Source: Trichinella spiralis (lineage: Eukaryota). Taken from it: a DNA stretch of 64,000 nt. The DNA lies in contig NW_003526941.1 of NCBI RefSeq assembly GCF_000181795.1, positions 8,606,140 through 8,670,139 of the forward strand, in the 5' to 3' direction. The notes beneath the pieces were generated by a model. It saw only the letters and a program-made list of their open reading frames with translations, searched no databases and was not told the origin of the DNA. Below are positions 56,301-64,000 of this stretch, piece by piece (within the stretch, counting starts at the first letter, position 1; every line of letters begins with the position of its first letter). A program made the position numbers and the translations under genes.

Positions 56301-58772
56301 CAATTCTTTTCACAACATGTTGCAACGTAAAAGTTATCAATGCAGAACACAACAATTCACAAAGAAATATATTTTTTCAAAAATAATAATAACTTTTAAA
56401 AAGCTGCAATTCAATTTTCATCTCACCTTCACAATGTGACATTTTTAGTGCAACATGAAAACGTGTACTTTTTCAAATCAGCCATACAGATAGCATAGCC
56501 CCTCCCAAAAAAAACAACTCAATTTCAAATTAGGCTCCCAAAAAAAAGACAGCGTCAAAATGCATATCAATCAAAAATTGGTCAATCACTTGTAATAAAT
56601 GAACAGCCAAATTTTTATCACAAAAAGAGAGAGAAAGTGAAAGAGCGAAAAAATAATGTTCAACATTAAATTTCGCACATAACGAAATAAGAATAATTTA
56701 ATATATTTATTATGTTTACAAAGTGATTTAAATAGTACTTTTCATCCTGTTTCCTTTTTCATCAAAATAAAAATGCAAATCTTTCGTATATACAGTATGG
56801 AAATTTCTATTCTCTTCAAGTATAAATAAATATATGTATGTATATTTTTCAATATAATATGTTTGGTCAGCTTATGCTTAAAACGGATTAGCTCAGTCTG
56901 GAGGAATGGGGGAGAAATGGCTGAGTGCACCTCAACTGGCGAGAATCAATCGTACCGGCGGCAATCGATTGCAATAACGCGTCCGTTCGTTATTCACTCA
57001 AGCGGCTCATCTCAAGCGCAGATAAGTGGACACGAGGAGAATGCAACAAAATTGACAATCAAGTAATGTAAAAGAATAATAATAATAAGCCACCAACTTT
57101 CCTCAAAAAATCGTCAAATTTTTATAACCTTCAAATACAAAAAAACTGGACCATTTCATCATTATATTTTTCTTTTGCAGAGAACATGAAGAAATAAATT
57201 CTATTATTTGATAATAATAATAATAATAATTTAAAAAAAATTACACACCTGTTGTATTGTGTTCATGAGATTGAAAAATCAGGAAGTAGATAAGAATGAA
57301 ACAACAACAACAACGACAAAGAATATATGCTTGCATATTGTATTGCTTTGTATTGTATTGTATGGCATTGTAATAGAATAAAAATTGAAATCAACTACTC
57401 CAGGATCTACTTGAGAGCTAGCTGCTCTATAAAACAGTGCACACAATGTGTGTGCGATAAAAACAGGATAGCCGACGTTTAAAGCAGACAAAAAGCACCA
57501 ACAGTAGACAATGCGTGCAAAACCGGCTCAAATTGAGACAAGCCAAAATGTGCAAAGTGAAAATTACTAAAGAAGAAAATAATAAAATAAATATCTAGCC
57601 GCATGCACATTTTCGCGACAAATGATCAAACCGGCCACCAGCAATGACAAAAACAATTTCAAAATCTATCTACTCCATGATGAAAACGGATAGACAAAGA
57701 TAGATGGATAGACAGTCTGGAAAACAATTATGGTAAGAAAAAATCAACAAAAAACAAAAAATATTTGAAAATTGAAAAAAATTTCAAAGAAACGAAACCA
57801 ATAATTTTGCCAATTTGAACCTCTTTGTCATCACATTCACCGGTACAGTATCGAAACCGAAAAATACCTCTCTACATTGATATTATTCAAAAATCGACTT
57901 ATTCATTTTTATTGTAAATATTGTATATTGTTGATAAAACTGCTCCGAAACTAGTTCTATCTAATATGTCCCAAACATCGCACAACACGGCCATGACGAT
58001 GCAGATGGAAAAATTGCTCTGTGAATTGAAAATATTTTACAGAAATGATGTCGCCGATCACTACTGGGATACACACAACATCCGGAGTTGCTAACTGGAG
58101 CGCCTTTGTAAAATTCATCCCGACAACAAAAAGCAACAACTGATAACGATCAATCATACCAACGTTGACATTTTCAAAGTTTTATGTTCATTAATTCTTG
58201 AAAATATTTACTACCTTCTTTTCTACAGTAATACGTGAAATTTTCAAGTTGCGTAAAAAAGTTGAAAAAAAGGATTAAAATTAAAAAAACAATTATTTCT
58301 TTTAAATTTTCATCAGTGAAATTTAAATTCCAATACAAGGTTGAAGAAATCAAGATCACTTACTGGACAATCTTACAACACGATCATGTATACATATATG
58401 CATATTGTAATAGTTATCGTAATGCAACAATATTATTCAGTTGAACAAACAGCGTTTGCTTGTTGAAAAATTTTTCTTAAAAAATTATTGTACACTCTGA
58501 GAAAAAAAAACTATTCTTACAAAAGCATGAAATCTTTTACCGCAGTTCTTTGCCAATATTGAAATACAAATCTTCTGTTAAACTTGAAAACTGTAGCCCA
58601 AATTCATTCACATTTCAGTGAAAAACAAATATGCAACTGAAATGTGTCCATTTATAGCTTAAAACTAGCACTTTTCACATAAAACACAATATATATCTGG
58701 TTACGCAAAATGGTCGACACTTCCTTGTGTTTGCTGATGTTGAAAACTGACGTTCAATTTGGCGAAATTAAA

Positions 58773-58905
58773 TACCACCACTACCACTACCACTACCACA
58801 AACTACTACTACTACTACTACTACGACGACGACGACGACAACGACGACAACAACAACAACAACAACAACTACTACTACTACTACTACTACAAATACAACA
58901 ACACC
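58773..58905. repeat. Compound trinucleotide microsatellite (NAC)n with CAC, TAC, GAC and AAC blocks
   Basis: About 130 bp of in-register NAC triplets. A shorter example lies at about 32617-32670. Confidence 0.92.
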
Positions 58906-59322
58906 AAGTATGAAAAAAGAAAGAACGTTATGCCAATTTCAAAAGTGGTGAAAAGAAAGAAAAATATAAACCAGAAAATTGTTAATTTTTTCAATTCATT
59001 CATTTGAAAAATTTTTTTATTAAACCAAAATATCATCAATTAGCAAATTCTATTGTTGATGCAAATGCAAATGCAAAATACGAAATGCGCAGTGATTGCA
59101 GTACAATGCGCGCAAAAATAGCTGGTGATGGTGATCAGATTCGAGAAAGCCGAGCAAGATAGATAGATGGATATCTAATATATGCAAAAAAGAGAGAGAG
59201 AGAGAGAGAGAAATGCTCAAATTCTTCTCTAAAAGATGCACAATAGAATGAAAATTTGATACCAAACTCAATAAAAATGATATGGAAAAGGGGAAAAAGT
59301 GTAACAGAAAGCAAAAAATTCT

Positions 59323-62300
59323 TTAACCCAGAATTTTAGATGCTTCTCGCAAGCCAGAAACCAGAGCACCAGTGAAGGTCTGCGGAAACTGCCGGCTGGT
59401 AGCCTAAAGTTATAGCACACTTTAATCGAATCAAAAATGATGCTTGAGCAGAGAAAAAGGACTGAAAGTGAAATTTTCTTTCCTCCTTCTTATATCATAT
59501 CCTCCTTAGATGAACATGAATAAAAAAAAATCTTCCCGATTCAAATTTCCTTCAACTCAACTACACTCCTAACATATCTCGACTGTTGAAAAAGTACAAC
59601 TTTCTACTTGAACAAAACCACCAAAGAAGCCTCAAGTTAAAAAAAATATATACACCTTTCCAACATTGAAAAAAAAGCATTGTAAAGCAATGTAAAAATG
59701 CAAAAAGCATGAAAATTGTGAAAAAAGCCCAAGCATGTATATGTTTGAAATAATAAATAATAATATCTTCTTGCTTTTTGCATTTGACAGTTTCAAGAAA
59801 AAAAACAAAAGAACACTTACTTCACCAGCAAAATGTACTCTTCCTTTAACAGTCTCTGCCATCGCGTCGTAATCGTCTCCTGTGGCGCCCACGCAGATGT
59901 AACTGTACGCCATGCCGATGTCCGGATCTTGTCCCCAACGAGTGACCATATATTTCATAGGTTCGGGAATATCCTGCCGAGTGAATTAAAATTAAAATCA
60001 AAAAAATTTTTTTTAAATTAACAAGTGAACCAACTTCTTCTGGAAACATCCTGCGCAACGTTTGCACGCACAAATCGACAATCGCTTCGTCGGTTTTCGA
60101 ATGAATCAACTGAGCAGATTCACCGCTCAAGTAGCACATCAACACGTTGCACGTTTCGTCGTCACTGGAACCCTGAAAAATGATAAAGATCATTTCGCGG
60201 AGTAACACTATGCAAATTTTCCAAACAACAACAACGGCGATGACGAGCCTGATAATCATTTACCGGTGGCGTGAAATCGTAGAAGACGTTGAAAAATCCA
60301 CGCTGTTGACCTTTACTCGAAACACTGCCAAAATAGTCGGCAGCGTTTGTTTTTTTCGACCAGAAATTTTTTGAAAATCGCAAAGCGATCTAAAAATAAC
60401 AAAACCAATTTTTATTCATTATTAAAAAATAAAAAAATTTCATCATAAATGAACTTTAAATTAAAAACAATTCATCGCCCTCACTTTTTCAATGATACCG
60501 CAGCCGAGAGTAGATATTGCTTTCAATTTATTATCAGGTAAAGCTGGTAAAAATTCTATGCATTCCTTCTTCAAAACGGCTAACGGAACTGTCACAATAA
60601 CCTTATCAAAAAAACAAAGTATTTATTTTTGTAATAAGCATATATATTTATATATATATATATATAAACTAACTTTGTCGCAAATAAATGTTTCTTCATC
60701 CGCAGTGCACACTTTGACTTGTTCCGAAGAATAATCAATGCTGACAACCTGAATACTCAGTTAGCAAAATTAGTAAACAAAAAAAAGAATACAATTAATA
60801 ACAAAATTTAAATATTACATTGAGAAAGAAAACAAACGAATATTAATTAATGAACTATAATTTTTGAAATAACTGATTTAAAATTCAATTTCATCATTTT
60901 CAATTCAGAAAAATTTATGTTTCATATTTTGTTATTCATTTTTGTCTGCTATTCAAAAACTGAAAAGCGCACGTGAAAAATTTTAAAGTCGAAGAAATTT
61001 GAAGAAATTGCGTAGCAAAATTTGAAAATTGCAAATTGGATTACTGTAATGTTGACCGAAATTTTTTCTACCATCCTACGGTAAGATTGAAGATAATGTT
61101 CAATAGAAATGTCAAATTATGCTCGATCAGAGATCAGTTTTACAATCGTAATATAAAAAAATACCTTTTTACAATAGCGTACATCCAAACCTTCGACTAA
61201 CTGATCAGTTATTCTTGCACAGCCGGCTGTCATGAGAGCATGACTGCCTGCAAATTGGGGAAATTTTTCATTCTGATTCCAATGCAACCCTGATACCATT
61301 TCCAAAGGGGAGCCGCAGGAATATTCCAAATTGCTTATGTGAAAGTTGAACAATTCTTCTTCATCCTAAAAAGGCGGATGTTGCGCAAAACAAAACAAAA
61401 ATACATACATGCAATTTCAGCAGCATTAGTTCAATTTTTCCCATACCACACTTTCAAGAGAACTGCCACATTTGTGGGCAGAATAACAACGATCAACCTT
61501 TTTCATTAATGCTAAAACAAGAACAAATTATTTTAAAAATTCCACATTCAGATATGGTACAAGTTTAAAGAATTATTCAATGAAAGAAAAAAATGTAAAC
61601 ACACACACAAACATACTCAACAAATTATCATCCATATCACCTCTACGTTGCCAGTGTTCTATGACATCGAGCAGGGCATTGAAATGGCATTCAACTTGAC
61701 GATCAACATCATGATTTACAATCTTGCCCGTACGTTCGCTAATGAGAGGGCATTCTTCGCGAAGAACACGAAAATTGATCCCAGCCTATGGGGCTTTTAT
61801 ACAGAACAACCACAGATTTAAATAATACTTATCTATAGTATACTTGAAAGCAGAGAACACAAAATGGATTGTTAATTATGCCAGTTATAAGCTGACCACC
61901 ACGACCAACCGGAACTCCAAAACTACAGTCGTCGACTATACGGCCTCCAGCTTTTTCTTTTATTTCCAACACGACAACCTAAACTTGTCCGAGTATGCAC
62001 AGAAATGAACAGCATGGATTATGATGTGAAAGGGAAAAATGAAATTGTCTACGTTGACTCCAAAATTTTGCAATTGACGAGCAGCTGCAATGCCGGATAT
62101 TCCAGCGCCGACAACTACAACGGACATCTGAAACAATGTAATGTAAAACAAAACGCGTACAACCAAGTGTGTTCGAGAAAGATGATTAGAAATTTAAATA
62201 AATAAATAAATATATATATACCTCTTTCGGAGCAATACTGAAACAGTTTGGTGGGTTTTTCAGCAATCCAAAGTTAACCAAGCCTTGGTGAGTCAAAAAT

Positions 62301-63234
62301 TGCAAAATACGTCCCACTTCGTGCGTCAACAATATGCGTATAAGACCACGGCAAATGATTTTCTTCTTACAATCGGCCGGAGTTATCCAATTCTAAATGA
62401 AGATGTTTCATATTTGGACGAAAAATAAGAAGAATAAAATAAAATTTATACATACTGAAGGATTCAAATTCCACAAAGCCACTATCAAATTTCGAAGACA
62501 AAGATAAAAGTTCTGTTCACTAAAAAAATAAAACATTTCTTTTCATGATTATCAACATGAATAAGACTGAAAATAATATCTAATTGTAATTTCAAAATAC
62601 TACTATTAATTCCACGTTACTGGAAGATTTTTGTTTATTTTTTTTTAAATTAATACCTTTCATATTCAGGAAATGCTTTTATCTCATCCGGTTCCATAGC
62701 ATCAGGTCTGAAACATCTTGCTCGATCATAATCTGTAGCCATGTAAAATGGTTGAGCATTTTGTTCAACAGAGACCGACACTGGAAAAGAATAAATTGGA
62801 AATTTGGCGTAAAATTTGAACAAATAAGAAAATTAAGCTTATTTAAATACATACAAAATTTATACAAATGCGTATCCACTAAACTGGTAGGGCTCATGCC
62901 TAATAGATCAAAGTAATATTCTTTTTTGAGAAATACAGCAGCTGGACTATTTTTCAGCAAAGGTGGCACGGCTAAATACTTAAACCAATAGGAAACCAGT
63001 GCACGCCGGGCTACCTGAAATGTAGTTAGCTTTGTGAAATTAAATAATGCTTCGTGAATATTATAAAAATAACAATTACCGGATCTTCAGCCACAGAACA
63101 AGGATCTTGTCCGTCATCGGTCGGCGATATAACGCGACTGCAATCAAAATTTGCAAAATCATTATAATAACATGTGCCAAGCACTGTCCGCCATTTCGAA
63201 CATTTCATACACTGAATCCAATAAGGCAGAACTT
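59323..63234 (-). CDS. KDM1B: Lysine-specific histone demethylase LSD2/KDM1B-like (zf-CW, SWIRM, FAD amine oxidase), multi-exon; 5' exons unresolved or beyond the window
   Basis: zf-[16 protein letters not shown]...FDC...[11 protein letters not shown]2-type linker: [10 protein letters not shown]...LLGMSP and QPFY...[33 protein letters not shown]...[18 protein letters not shown] motif: [13 protein letters not shown]. Oxidase segments: [21 protein letters not shown] (catalytic Lys position retained), [47 protein letters not shown]. The stop is at 59323-59325. Confidence 0.92.
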
Positions 63235-64000
63235 CTAAATTACAAAAAAAAAATAATAAATAAATTGTCTTCGGGCAATTATGAAACTGTGGTTGGAAAT
63301 GGCAGATGTTATAACTGCTACTGATAAATGAATTCAAATGCATCGGGTACCGATATTAAACGCACAGTAATTCAAGTGCTGAAACAAATAATAAAATTAT
63401 GCTTTTCTTTCTTGCTTTTTCTTATTGCATTATACTGACAATTACACAGTAAGATGATCTGTCCAACTGTAAAAATGTTTCATCAAAACAATAAAAAGAA
63501 TACCTTAAAACTTATCGTATATATTTGTATTACTACTTTTGAACACCAACTAGTAATCATGAAACAGATCAGCGCATCAGCATTCTCTTCAACCTTGATT
63601 TTTTAATTATACAGTAGATTTCCTGTACATATCACATAATACTATGCGTAAAAAGTAGGCATGTTGGTGAATTTGAAAAAAATAAATAAATAATATTTCA
63701 TATTCATCTCCATCAAATTCGAAACCTTCTACTTCAAGAGAAGAATGCACATATTTCGACTAATAATAATCATGTTTGACTAAATAACTTTCACACAAAT
63801 TCTGAGATTCACTTCCTCCTTCTTTGGCGAACAAAACAATATGCAACATTTCCTTCCTGATAAAATTGAAAAGAATTGAAAAAAAAAACAGTTCACACAT
63901 TAAAATTACAAAGTTACACGACAGCAGAAGATGTTATAATAATTTTTTGAAAAGTGTCTTAAAACAAACTTTCCCATATACTTGCACATCAACAATAAAG

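Overview
AT-rich, microsatellite-rich eukaryotic DNA with many short GT-AG introns. The gene set is nematode-like: an ODR-2/HOT Ly-6 gene, a DVE-1-type homeobox gene, a DDX3 helicase with the nematode GGxENY insert, and a dgk-1-type N-terminus. A clade I nematode such as Trichinella is my inference, not a proven assignment. Seven spliced genes were reconstructed by hand. (1) First coding exon of diacylglycerol kinase theta (-). (2) A two-exon GPI-type Ly-6/ODR-2-like gene (+). (3) A full-length Argonaute (-) with an intact DEDH tetrad, an atypical MID pocket and a tandem-repeat N-terminus that spans an assembly gap. (4) Mitochondrial ATPase inhibitor IF1 (+). (5) A DDX3/LAF-1-like DEAD-box helicase whose usual RGG N-terminus seems replaced by a mitochondrial-presequence-like peptide (+). 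(6) dve-1/SATB-like (-), with an 8.2-kb first intron and about 17 kb of gene-free upstream DNA. (7) LSD2/KDM1B (-), with its 5' end unresolved. The best leads are the divergent Argonaute, the possibly mitochondrial DDX3 paralog, a well-formed pre-miRNA-like hairpin in dve-1 intron 1 and a near-consensus CTCF site. Family assignments come from recalled motifs; no searches or folding programs were run.
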